A DNA stretch of 62,170 bases, filler included. It is 3 parts of 3 records of this genome, joined end to end, with 100 filler letters (N's around TTAATTAATTAA, not from the genome) between each part and the next. Parts side by side here need not be neighbours in the genome. Positions count along the whole stretch, not along the records: positions 1 to 27,520 come from SRR31156797_1852; positions 27,621 to 54,434 come from SRR31156797_1860; 1 more part is not named here. One strand, written 5' to 3'. Shown here piece after piece: positions 20,465-29,712 of the stretch (its first letter is position 1; each line of letters starts with the position of its first letter). Made by a program: the position numbers and the translations under genes. The notes beneath the pieces are model-generated. The model saw only the letters and a program-made list of their open reading frames with translations. It had not been told where the DNA came from and ran no database searches.

Positions 20465-21241
20465 TTATTCCCAATTTGGATGACGCTTCTCTAAAAAGGC
20501 ATTGATTCCTTCTTCCCGCTCCAAATGATCTTCTTTAAAAAGACGTCCAAATTCTTTGGATTCCATCTTTCCTGCTTCCTTGCTATTCAGTTCCAAACCT
20601 TCGCGTACCATCTCCTTTATTAATCGCAGAGCATTAGGTCCTTTGGTAACTATTTTTTCAGCAAGAGCAACAGCTTCTTCAAGTGTACTCTCAGGTGGAG
20701 TTAGCTTCTGAACAATGCCCAACTGATAAGCCTCAGTGGCAGTAATTCCTTCGCCTAACATCATTAAATACATGGCATTTCCTGCTCCAACAAGTCGTGG
20801 TAATCTTTGAGTACCGTTAAATCCAGGTATCAAACCCAAATTAACTTCCGGCAATCCCAAGCGTGCTTTCTCACTAGCTACACGAATGTCGCAAGCTAAT
20901 GCAAGTTCTAACCCTCCCCCAAGGGCAAAACCATTTATCGCAGCAATTACGGGAACTTCCAGATTGGCTATTTTATCAAATACCATTTTACCTGTTTCTG
21001 AAAAATCATAAGCCGCTTGAGGAGAATACTCCTGCATGGCTTTGATATCAGCTCCGGCAATAAAGGCTTTTCCTTCGCCAGTAATAACAAGTGCACGTGT
21101 TGATTTTACATCCTCACTCTCGAGGAAACAGGTCAGCTCTTTAAACACTCCCTCATTTAGGGCGTTTAAGGCTTTTGGGCGGTCAAGAGTTAGAATTCCA
21201 ATTCTAACTCTTTTTTCAAATTTTAAATAATTAAATTCCAT
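20465..21241 (-). CDS. crt: Short-chain enoyl-CoA hydratase (crotonase)
   Basis: RPKALNAL, AFIAGADI, GFALGGGLELALACD, PEVNLGLIPGFNGTQRL. Confidence 0.9.
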   Translation of the reverse strand: MEFNYLKFEKRVRIGILTLDRPKALNALNEGVFKELTCFLESEDVKSTRALVITGEGKAFIAGADIKAMQEYSPQAAYDFSETGKMVFDKIANLEVPVIAAINGFALGGGLELALACDIRVASEKARLGLPEVNLGLIPGFNGTQRLPRLVGAGNAMYLMMLGEGITATEAYQLGIVQKLTPPESTLEEAVALAEKIVTKGPNALRLIKEMVREGLELNSKEAGKMESKEFGRLFKEDHLEREEGINAFLEKRHPNWE

Positions 21242-21420
21242 AGGTGTAAGTAAGACTTTTTTTCATCTACATATCTAAATATAACAAAAACTCTCAAGAC
21301 TCAAAAGGTAAAATATCATACTTCTGAACCACTAAGCTACACCCCTTAGATTTACAAGGCTTTAGGAAAATAAAAAAGTTAAAAAAAGACCTGTTTTTCT
21401 TTTTATATAAACTGCAAAAT

Positions 21421-21452
21421 AAAAAAGCCTGACTCCTTATTCAGGGTCAGGC
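21421..21452 (-). terminator. Rho-independent terminator downstream of yebC
   Basis: Minus strand GCCTGAC...GTCAGGC followed by a T-run. Confidence 0.7.
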
Positions 21453-21487
21453 TAATTATATCGTAATATAATTATGATTTTATTCTG

Positions 21488-22195
21488 TTATGCCATGTTG
21501 TGATAAACATTTTGCACATCATCATTGTCTTCCAATTTCTCCAATAGTTTTTCAACATCAGCAACCTGATCTTCCGGAAGTTCCTTAGTATCCATAGGTA
21601 TTCTTTCGAATCCTGAAGAAATAACTGTCATGCTATTTTCTTCAAGGTAAGCTTGAATTCTTCCAAAATCAGTAAACTCACCATAAAGCATAATGCCATC
21701 CTCTTCAGCAAAAACTTCTTCTACTCCAAGGTCAATCATTTCCAATTCCAGTTCTTCTACATCCTGACCTGCATTTTCGATCTTGAAATGGCATTTACGT
21801 TCGAACATGAATTCTACACTACCTGCAGTACCCAAACTTCCTTTGCACTTATTAAAGTATGATCGAACATCAGCAACAGTTCTTGTATGATTATCAGTTG
21901 CAGTTTCTACTAAAATGGCAATACCATGTGGTGCATATCCTTCGTAAACAAGCTCTTTAAAGTCCTTCTGTTCCTTTGATGAAGCTTTCTTAATTGCACG
22001 CTCAACATTATCCTTAGGCATGTTAACAGCCTTCGCATTTTGAATAACCGCACGCAAACGAGCATTTGATGTCGGATCAGGGCCTCCTTCTTTTACTGCA
22101 ATAACAATATCTTTCCCAATTCGGGTAAAGGCTTTAGCCATCTTATCCCAACGCTTCATCTTACGCGCTTTTCTAAATTCAAATGCTCTTCCCAT
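21488..22195 (-). CDS. yebC: YebC/PmpR family protein
   Basis: MGRAFEFRKARK (Bacteroidota-type N-terminus), YEGYAPHG, TDNHTRT, DDVQNVYHN. Confidence 0.95.
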   Translation of the reverse strand: MGRAFEFRKARKMKRWDKMAKAFTRIGKDIVIAVKEGGPDPTSNARLRAVIQNAKAVNMPKDNVERAIKKASSKEQKDFKELVYEGYAPHGIAILVETATDNHTRTVADVRSYFNKCKGSLGTAGSVEFMFERKCHFKIENAGQDVEELELEMIDLGVEEVFAEEDGIMLYGEFTDFGRIQAYLEENSMTVISSGFERIPMDTKELPEDQVADVEKLLEKLEDNDDVQNVYHNMA

Positions 22196-22217
22196 GATTT
22201 ATGTATAAAATTTTCCG

Positions 22218-22225
22218 CAAAAGTA
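22218..22225 (-). promoter_or_regulatory. Bacteroidota -7 promoter element for yebC
   Basis: TACTTTTG on the minus strand (TAnnTTTG consensus) ~22 nt upstream of the ATG. Confidence 0.6.
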
Positions 22226-22405
22226 ACACATGTGATCCAATCTGTAAAGCAATTTACCATTTTTCTTCTTTAACAGTGTATAAAGTTTACTATTCAGCAG
22301 AACGAATATTGCAGGCATGTTTAATGAGATTGCTCATTGTTTGGTTTGCCACGATTCGCTATTTTAGTGGCATAAATTCAAATCATAGATAACAAACCTA
22401 AACCA

Positions 22406-24448
22406 ATGAAAAAGATTATTTTTCTTTTTACAGCTTTACTGGTTTTATCCATTTCGGGTAATCCGGTTAAAGCGGAGCAAAAGGCAGATGCATCAAACAT
22501 CTCCTCTGCAACTATCAATCAAACAATTGAAGAATTAAGCAAAAATGCACTTGAGCAAAACTTGCTTGAAAAAGGTGTGAAGCACGCTGCTAGTTTATGG
22601 CGTAAGAGCGATGGAACAGAAGCTGATTTTAAAGCTTTTTGTGTAAAAAACTACATTGCTGATAAAGCGGAAAAAGAGTTGGTATTTCAGAAAATATCAA
22701 GAAATGTAGAAATTATTACAGGACACTTTAATAAAATCACATTAGATTTATTAGAACCTGTTCACTTGAACATTTTCGAGCAGCACCCTATTGATAATGC
22801 TTTTGGTGCTTATAGTGTAGGTTCACATTGGATGAACGATTTTTACAACAACAAAATCGCTTTCAATATTGCATTGAACTTTCCATCGTTTAGTTTGGAA
22901 GAAAAAGAGGCAAATGCAAAGAGCTGGACTCGTGAGGAATGGGCTTATGCTCGTTTGGGTGATTACTTTACTGCAAGAGTTCCTTCTGAATTATTACAAG
23001 CTGCCGGAACTGCTGCTGCTGGTTCTGATGTTTACATTGCCGATTACAATATTTATGTAGGTCATTTAACTGATAAGAAAGGAAATCGTTTCTTCCCTGA
23101 AGATAAAGTTCTTTTATCGCACTGGAACCTTCGTGATGAAATCAAAGCCAACTATGCCAACAAAAAAGATGGATTGGAAAAGCAGAAAATGATTTACCAG
23201 GTGATGCAGCGTATCATCTCTCAGGAAATCCCTGAAAAGGTAATCAACAGTGGAGATTTTGAGTGGGATCCGTTTGCAAACGTAGTTTACAAAGATGGAA
23301 AAGCAATTGATGCGACTCCTGAGCCAAACGAAAGATACCAGCAAATCCTGAACAACTTCCACGCGAATAAAGCGATTGATCCTTACTATCCTGACCAAAA
23401 TACTTTCATCAAAAGACAGTACGATGGCGCTAAGGAAATATCAGCGGAAGCAACTGAAAAAATCTTTACAGATTTCTTACGTTCTGATGAAACCAAGAAA
23501 GTAGGTAAACTGATTCAGAAAAGATTGGGTCGTAAATTACAGCCATTCGACATATGGTACGATGGATTTAAAGCACGTAGCGGAATGGATGAGTCGAAAC
23601 TGGATGCACAAACCAGAGAATGGTATCCAAACGCAGCAGCTTTAGAGGCTGATTTGGCGAACCTATTGGTAAAATTAGGATACGACAAAGAGAGAGCTCA
23701 ATGGTTAGCTGACAGAATTGCTGTAGATCCTGCTCGTGGTTCGGGTCATGCCTGGGGTGGCGCTGCAAAAGGACAGAAAGCTCACTTGCGTACTCGTATT
23801 GGTGCTAAAGGAATGGATTACAAAGGCTACAACATTGCTATCCACGAATTTGGTCACAATGTAGAACAAACCATCTCATTATACGATGTAGACAACTTTG
23901 TAATGAACGGTGTTCCAAATACAGCATTTACAGAAGCTTTGGCTTTCATCTTCCAGAAAAGAGACATGTTGCTTTTGGATATCAACGATGATTCTCCACA
24001 GAAAGATGCGTTAAAGAAATTAGATTTATTCTGGAGCGCTTACGAAATTATGGGTGTATCGGTAATGGATATTCGCATGTGGAGATGGTTGTATGCAAAT
24101 CCTGAAGCTACAGCTGCTGAACTTCGCGATGCTGCCATGGATATTGCCAAGAAAGTATGGAACGAATTCTACGCTCCTGTTTATGGCGTAAAAGATCAAA
24201 CCATTTTGGCAGTATACTCACACATGTTGAACAGTCCGTTGTACTTATCGAACTATGCTTTTGGTAATGTAATTGAGTTTCAATTGGAGCAACAATTAAA
24301 AGGAAAGAGCTTCCCGAACGAAGTAGATCGTATCTTTAAGCAAGGACGTTTAACTCCTAACCAATGGATGGTTGAAGCTACTGGTAATGATTTATCGGCT
24401 CAGCCACTATTGAATGCGGCTAAAGAAGCTTTGGAAGAATTGAAATAA
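22406..24448 (+). CDS. Secreted hypothetical protein, probable gluzincin (M3/M32-like) metallopeptidase
   Basis: Signal peptide; IHEFGH (HEXXH) followed by NTAFTEALA and YLSNY. Confidence 0.65.
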   Translation: MKKIIFLFTALLVLSISGNPVKAEQKADASNISSATINQTIEELSKNALEQNLLEKGVKHAASLWRKSDGTEADFKAFCVKNYIADKAEKELVFQKISRNVEIITGHFNKITLDLLEPVHLNIFEQHPIDNAFGAYSVGSHWMNDFYNNKIAFNIALNFPSFSLEEKEANAKSWTREEWAYARLGDYFTARVPSELLQAAGTAAAGSDVYIADYNIYVGHLTDKKGNRFFPEDKVLLSHWNLRDEIKANYANKKDGLEKQKMIYQVMQRIISQEIPEKVINSGDFEWDPFANVVYKDGKAIDATPEPNERYQQILNNFHANKAIDPYYPDQNTFIKRQYDGAKEISAEATEKIFTDFLRSDETKKVGKLIQKRLGRKLQPFDIWYDGFKARSGMDESKLDAQTREWYPNAAALEADLANLLVKLGYDKERAQWLADRIAVDPARGSGHAWGGAAKGQKAHLRTRIGAKGMDYKGYNIAIHEFGHNVEQTISLYDVDNFVMNGVPNTAFTEALAFIFQKRDMLLLDINDDSPQKDALKKLDLFWSAYEIMGVSVMDIRMWRWLYANPEATAAELRDAAMDIAKKVWNEFYAPVYGVKDQTILAVYSHMLNSPLYLSNYAFGNVIEFQLEQQLKGKSFPNEVDRIFKQGRLTPNQWMVEATGNDLSAQPLLNAAKEALEELK

Positions 24449-24474
24449 AATATTAAACTTTGTTTTTGAAATAC

Positions 24475-24506
24475 AAGAGACTGTCCCTTATGGGATGGTC
24501 TCTTTT
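24475..24506 (+). terminator. Rho-independent terminator
   Basis: AAGAGACTGTCCC-ttat-GGGATGGTCTCTTTT. Confidence 0.7.
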
Positions 24507-24650
24507 CATTTATAGTCCAAATCTTAACTACAGGATCAAAAAAAGTGTATTCCTTCTTACTTTTCCATTGATGAAAAGTAACAAAATTCTACGACGCATC
24601 TATTTGCCAAATTATTATTAGATTTTTTTAAAAGAGTCATTAATGCAGAA

Positions 24651-24685
24651 AAAAAGATTGTCCTTTTAAGGGACGGTCTTTTTTT
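24651..24685. terminator. Second, related terminator-like hairpin
   Basis: AAAAAGATTGTCC-tttt-aaGGGACGGTCTTTTTT. Confidence 0.55.
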
Positions 24686-24755
24686 ATATCCACTGATTTG
24701 TGATAATCATATATAAAATTTAAATTCACAAACATATCAAGTATTAAGAAATACA

Positions 24756-25244
24756 ATGTTGAAAAAAGAAAAAATTACAACAGCTTTAAGAGTTATATTT
24801 TTGATTTTATTATTAATCAACCTTTCCGTTGCAATATTTGAAGAAGTAGGTTTTATTAACGCTCTTTATTCATTCTCTGGAATAATAAACAATCCTTTTT
24901 TAATTGTAAAGCTAAATTTATTTTTTCATCCTCTTTTAATTTTACTTGGAATCATCGGGGTTTTCATGCTCAGAAAAATAGGATATATACTAATGCTCCT
25001 ACTTCCATTCTATATAATTACTTATAAGCTAATACCATTATTTTTTGGTCTATCGAACTTTGAATCAATTTGGATAAAACTAGTTTTAGCTTCAATTTAT
25101 TTAATCATATTATATTCAAGAGGTATCAGATATACATATGGATTAAAAAGTCTTAAAAATTTTTTCCTACTAAATTCATTGGTGCTTTTATCTATGTCCT
25201 TACTTTCTTTTATTCTACTCTATTTTAAGGGATATTTCGTATAG
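24756..25244 (+). CDS. Hypothetical integral membrane protein
   Basis: 162-aa ORF with ~5 hydrophobic segments; very AT-rich. Confidence 0.6.
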   Translation: MLKKEKITTALRVIFLILLLINLSVAIFEEVGFINALYSFSGIINNPFLIVKLNLFFHPLLILLGIIGVFMLRKIGYILMLLLPFYIITYKLIPLFFGLSNFESIWIKLVLASIYLIILYSRGIRYTYGLKSLKNFFLLNSLVLLSMSLLSFILLYFKGYFV

Positions 25245-25367
25245 ATTTCCATTTTAAGCACCAAACAAATATCTCCAATAATTAATGAACCACAGAACAC
25301 ACCGATGCACACTGAGAAAAAACATTTAATTTTACGCCAAAACTATAAATCAAACCTTACTTAGAAT

Positions 25368-26114
25368 TTGATACTAGAGAAAACACATCGTCCTTCTTCC
25401 CCACTAAATCAATTTGTGGATGTCATTTGGCTGGGGAAATCCTCGGAACTGAATGTGGAATCGAGTCACCATGCAGCATTGTTTACCGAGTTGATCTTCA
25501 ATTATGGCGATAACTTTCAGGTAGATGGGCAAAACATCGAGAATATCATTGGCAAGCACGATCATCAAATTATATCAGGGTTAAAAACAGAACCCTTTCA
25601 AACCAAGATATCAGGAACCTATGGCAGTATCGGATTACTGCTAAAACCATTTTGTTATGGCATTTTAATCGAGAAGTTTGGTTCCCGTGCTATGGAGCAA
25701 ATTTCTGAGATACTTTACGAGCACATCTTTGTTCCCAAGGAAGCAGATTTTAAGCTGGCAGAGCAACACCTGCTACAATTGTTCTCGGGCAAACATATCG
25801 ATCCCGATTTTATCAAATTTGAGAACTACATTTCATCTAATTTACTAGGCAAAGGAGCGCTTAAGGATTTTAACCTCTCCCTATCCATAACACAAAAAAG
25901 CTTCATTCAAAAATTTAAGAAGCATTACCTCTTAACACCCAACGATTACCTGAAACTAAAGAGGGTAAACACCGCCATACAATTACTTCAAAATAACAAA
26001 TCGGAGAAATTAATTGGTGTAGGATTGGATTCCGGCTTTTACGATCAATCGCATTTTATTAAGATTTTCAAGAAGTTCTGTGGCTGCACGCCAAAAGAGT
26101 TTTATAAATTGTAG
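25368..26114 (+). CDS. AraC family transcriptional regulator
   Basis: C-terminal GFYDQSHFIKIFKKFCGCTP. Confidence 0.9.
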   Translation: MILEKTHRPSSPLNQFVDVIWLGKSSELNVESSHHAALFTELIFNYGDNFQVDGQNIENIIGKHDHQIISGLKTEPFQTKISGTYGSIGLLLKPFCYGILIEKFGSRAMEQISEILYEHIFVPKEADFKLAEQHLLQLFSGKHIDPDFIKFENYISSNLLGKGALKDFNLSLSITQKSFIQKFKKHYLLTPNDYLKLKRVNTAIQLLQNNKSEKLIGVGLDSGFYDQSHFIKIFKKFCGCTPKEFYKL

Positions 26115-26186
26115 TCAAGGGTAAATTCTGTACAATTTTATCGGTCTCAAATCAAAGACATTTGCAGAAACTAAAAACACAGCAAA

Positions 26187-26726
26187 ATGAAAGGTAAAAA
26201 TTACGTATTTATAGCAAACAGTTTAGACGGATACATTGCAGATAAAGATGGAGGTATCGATTGGTTGAACACTGTACCTAATCCAGATCATGATGATGCA
26301 GGCTACAACAATTTCATGAAAAAAATGGATGCCATTGTAATGGGGCGATCCACTTTCGAAATTGTCTTGAGTTTTGGAATCGACTGGCCTTATCAGGTTC
26401 CTGTATTTATCTTGAGCAACAGCCTGCAAGAAGTTCCGAAAGATTACATCGGGAAAGTTGAAATCGTATCTGGAAATCTTACCGATATAGTAGAAAACCT
26501 GAATGCCAAAGGATACCATCACCTGTATATTGATGGCGGTAAAACCGTGCAAAGCTTTTTACAGGAGGATTTGATTGATGAATTGATTATTACAACCATT
26601 CCTATCCTTCTGGGCGGAGGAATTCCTTTATTTTCGGAATTGCCAAATGAAATGAGATTTGAGCATAGCCATACAGAAATCTATCTGAAAGAGATGGTTC
26701 AGAGCCATTACATTCGTAAAAGATAA
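26187..26726 (+). CDS. Dihydrofolate reductase / RibD C-terminal domain family protein
   Basis: IANSLDGYIA, VMGRSTF, YIDGG, IPILLGGGIPLF. Confidence 0.9.
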   Translation: MKGKNYVFIANSLDGYIADKDGGIDWLNTVPNPDHDDAGYNNFMKKMDAIVMGRSTFEIVLSFGIDWPYQVPVFILSNSLQEVPKDYIGKVEIVSGNLTDIVENLNAKGYHHLYIDGGKTVQSFLQEDLIDELIITTIPILLGGGIPLFSELPNEMRFEHSHTEIYLKEMVQSHYIRKR

Positions 26727-26739
26727 AACTCTACAAATA

Positions 26740-26764
26740 AAAACCCCTGATTCAAAATCAGGGG
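26740..26764 (-). terminator. Terminator hairpin between convergent genes
   Basis: CCCCTGATT-caa-AATCAGGGG with an A-run on the left (T-tail on the minus strand). Confidence 0.65.
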
Positions 26765-26857
26765 CAAGTATTATATATTTTAAAGTTTACGAGCTAGCCC
26801 CCAACTGCCGCAAGTCAATTATATAGTATTTATTGGGGATGTGTAACGGTTACTTTT

Positions 26858-26866
26858 GTTGTAGTC
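26858..26866 (-). repeat. Inverse-core (R''-like) site of a putative attC-like element
   Basis: Minus strand GACTACAAC 5 nt after the stop of 26872-27360; exact reverse complement of the site at 27424-27432. Confidence 0.55.
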
Positions 26867-26871
26867 TGTTG

Positions 26872-27360
26872 TTATTCACAATTCAATAAAGATTCATCTA
26901 AATAACTGCCCAATAAAACCAATTCATCCTCTTCATATTTAAGCTCTATTTTCTTCTCATCAATAGGTTCATACCCTTTATTTTTACCAGAAGTTCCTCC
27001 ATTTCTAGTTGGTGTGATAGAAATATCATTTTCTTTTCGATATATCTCGACTAATTTTGAAAATAACATTTGTTTTCTTATTGATGATAATCCAGTTTTC
27101 TTTTCATAATTCTCAGACATCTTCACAAAATCGTAATGCTTTTCTCTGACTGATTTTGATAATTCTAAATGTTTTAAGATTAATTCCTTTTTTCGCTCTG
27201 AACTTATATCTTTAGATTCAATCGTTAATAAATCTGTCCGCTTCCAAAGACCGCTTTCTATTCTGTAATAACTTTCAAATACAATTTGATTAGGATAATC
27301 GATTACAGTTATAAGATGTTCTTTAATGTTTTTATTAAAAATTTTTAATAAGCTAATCAT
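26872..27360 (-). CDS. Putative CdiI-like (DUF1436-type) toxin immunity protein
   Basis: Size (162 aa), ISITPT..G..GYE segment and C-terminal LGSYLDESLLNC resemble the CdiI 'IGAALRLALSRC' ending; recognised from memory, no search run. Confidence 0.5.
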   Translation of the reverse strand: MISLLKIFNKNIKEHLITVIDYPNQIVFESYYRIESGLWKRTDLLTIESKDISSERKKELILKHLELSKSVREKHYDFVKMSENYEKKTGLSSIRKQMLFSKLVEIYRKENDISITPTRNGGTSGKNKGYEPIDEKKIELKYEEDELVLLGSYLDESLLNCE

Positions 27361-27423
27361 AGTATCGGATTTATTTTCTTCACTATATCATTTAGTCATT
27401 TTATACTGAAGTCTAATTCAATT

Positions 27424-27520
27424 GACTACAACGCTGTTAATAAGTGGTCGTGGGCTGATTTGAAAAACCAAACCTCTAAAAATTCCACTTAGCCGAAGCT
27501 TTTGTTTTGGTTATAAATTT
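27424..27520 (-). repeat. Right arm of a long attC-like repeat, truncated by the contig end
   Basis: Minus strand ...CAAAACAAAAGCTTCGGCTAAGTGG...CAGCCCACGACCACTTATTAACAGC-GTTGTAGTC ~65 nt before the gene start. Confidence 0.5.
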
Positions 27521-27620
27521 NNNNNNNNNNNNNNNNNNNNNNNNNNNNNNNNNNNNNNNNNNNNTTAATTAATTAANNNNNNNNNNNNNNNNNNNNNNNN
27601 NNNNNNNNNNNNNNNNNNNN
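27521..27620. other. Artificial contig linker
   Basis: N44-TTAATTAATTAA-N44 (stop codons in all six frames). Confidence 0.98.
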
Positions 27621-27650
27621 ACATTGATACATATCTTTCGGGTCAGCCAT
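27621..27650 (-). CDS. Rubredoxin, 5' fragment cut by the contig edge (MADPKDMYQC...)
   Basis: GAGGAGG RBS, ATG at 27650; N-terminus resembles deltaproteobacterial rubredoxins; only 10 codons visible. Confidence 0.5.
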
Positions 27651-28571
27651 GTACTTCCTCCTCTCATGAATTTATCTAAAGGATCACTGGTAAACGATAA
27701 CAATATTCATTCCTAGCAGCAAGCCCAAAAACACATTCCTTTCCAACGCGAATTGCCGCAACAACAAGATTCGTTTTAGCAGCCAAAAAAATAGCGTCAA
27801 TTTCTAAACGACACTTGGATGGGTACAGCTGTAACCCCCTAACTACTTCTTTGAAGCGGAATACCATCTGGAGGCACGGCTTAACCAATTGAGCTTAATA
27901 GATCTTTTAGGTTTCACTAGAAATGGCTGTAAGGATTTAAATAAAATGAAGATTGAATGAAATATGTTGACTTTGGCCATGGAATAACTTGTTAAGCCTT
28001 CCCTGCAGAAACCTTTTAAGGACACACTCTAAGTTTGAGTATAATGCAATATTGATTAGTTTTGTTGTGGCAATGTTAACTTTCAGTGATCAGTCGTTAA
28101 GAGCACCTAATCAGGAAAAAACATAAGCTGAGTTGAGCCACCAGGGGGCAGGATTGCCTCTTTTCATCTTAATAACCTCCAAAGGCTTTTAAAAAATGGG
28201 GACCAGCTTACGTCTCAGCAGTCATTTCTTTTTCTTCTTTCGGTTTCTTTAGCTTTACCTGTGATTATAATTATGCAATCGAAATCAAATGGTTAGGGGA
28301 AATTTGTTCTGCATCAGGAAAATATGCAGGTGCTACAAATTGAGCTGATGACTTGATGTGTAAAAACTAATAAATATTGAGCCGGTTAAAAAAGTTGTTT
28401 GGCATCATGTAGAGTTCTGTTAATTCATTGTATTATGGCATAATCAGCGCATCTTCCCTGATGAAGGAAAATAATGTAGGTTGCCAACAAGATCTTGTTG
28501 TTTCGCCTCAAATTGTCTTTTGAAAGACTCTGACTTTAGAACCGTTAACCAGCTATCAGTCTAATTCAGCA

Positions 28572-29315
28572 ATGAAAACCAAATCTACAACCCACACCCC
28601 CTTGGGCACCATTTCGACCCAAACATCTCCAGCTAATGCGGCGAAAGCCTATTCTGAAGCTGCGACTACCCCTCGTCGAACAATAAGTGATACCACATCG
28701 ATAATGGGTATACCTGATGCCGAATTTACGCCAAAAGTTCGCGAAGCGATTCTAGCACTCATGCAGGAAGTAGACAATCTACGCAGAGAGCTAGATGATG
28801 TAAAGAAACGTCTTGCTGCAGAAAAAAAGATGGCGGACCAGGACCCGCTGCTCCCGATTTATAATCGTAGAGCATTTGTGCGAGAACTGACAAAAATTCA
28901 GGCATCAATAGAGAGGTATGATGGAAAGGCGAGCTTGGTCTATATTGACCTGAATAATTTCAAGACGATAAATGACAATTATAGCCACCAGGCTGGAGAC
29001 CATGTTCTGCATGAGTTTTCCAGGAGATTAGTGGAGTCAGTCCGCGAAACGGATGTCGTTGGTAGGCTTGGTGGTGACGAATTTGGCCTCATTTTATCAA
29101 ACACGAAACCAGATGCGTCATCTGTTCTGATAAACCGGCTTTCTGAAGGACTTCGTACTCGTCCTATTTTTTGGGAAAAACAACCTCTTGATGTAAGTAT
29201 GGCCTGCGGGATCGTCACCATTGAACCGGGAAAGGATGTGCAGGATATCATGGACATGGCTGATAGTGAGATGTATTTACAGAAATCAAAATCCAAAGGA
29301 GTGAATCGCCCTTAG
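28572..29315 (+). CDS. Diguanylate cyclase (coiled coil + GGDEF)
   Basis: DPLLPIYNRRAF, DLNNFKTIND, RETD I-site, RLGGDEF. Confidence 0.93.
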   Translation: MKTKSTTHTPLGTISTQTSPANAAKAYSEAATTPRRTISDTTSIMGIPDAEFTPKVREAILALMQEVDNLRRELDDVKKRLAAEKKMADQDPLLPIYNRRAFVRELTKIQASIERYDGKASLVYIDLNNFKTINDNYSHQAGDHVLHEFSRRLVESVRETDVVGRLGGDEFGLILSNTKPDASSVLINRLSEGLRTRPIFWEKQPLDVSMACGIVTIEPGKDVQDIMDMADSEMYLQKSKSKGVNRP

Positions 29316-29544
29316 TATTGTAGACAATTCTAAGTTACACAAAATGACTGGCTTGCACTGCCTTTTCAAACCTTAAAATTTGCAGATTCCCGCAAACTTT
29401 ACGTGGCTACTGCGGAGATGAGAGAGGTTACACTCTTCCTGTGCATTCCTGACCAGGTCAGTGCTAAAAAAGATAGTGAGGATTTGAGATTGCCACTATT
29501 TCCTTTTTAATAAAAACCAAAATACAACTCTGAGAGGAAAGAAC

Positions 29545-29712
29545 ATGAATGATATTATAAAAATAATATGTGCAATTATCCTTCCACCGGTGGCAGCTTT
29601 TCTGCAGGTAGGTTTCGGTAAGCATTTTTGGATAAATATTGTGTTAACATTTTTAGGCTTTATACCTGGGATGATTCACGCAATTTGGATAATTGTTAAA
29701 AATAAGCAATAA
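29545..29712 (+). CDS. YqaE/Pmp3 family small membrane protein (55 aa; not in ORF track)
   Basis: GAGAGG RBS; MNDIIKIICAIILPPVAAFLQVGFGKHFWINIVLTFLGFIPGMIHAIWIIVKNKQ. Confidence 0.9.
   Translation: MNDIIKIICAIILPPVAAFLQVGFGKHFWINIVLTFLGFIPGMIHAIWIIVKNKQ

Noticed and set aside
1571-23768. Many short antisense or overlapping ORFs in contig A (e.g. 1571-2056, 7626-7946, 12382-12747, 15937-16305, 20045-20380, 22201-22392)
   Set aside because: Shadow frames of well-supported genes or promoter DNA; no recognisable motifs.
27565-27576. TTAATTAATTAA palindrome (also at 54479-54490)
   Set aside because: Synthetic six-frame-stop linker, not biological.
27676-28025. ORFs 27676-27888 and 27843-28025
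   Set aside because: No motifs or clear RBS; probably the upstream regulatory region of the rubredoxin-like gene.
29340-29520. Possible c-di-GMP riboswitch near the GGDEF gene
   Set aside because: No GEMM-type conserved core could be matched by eye.
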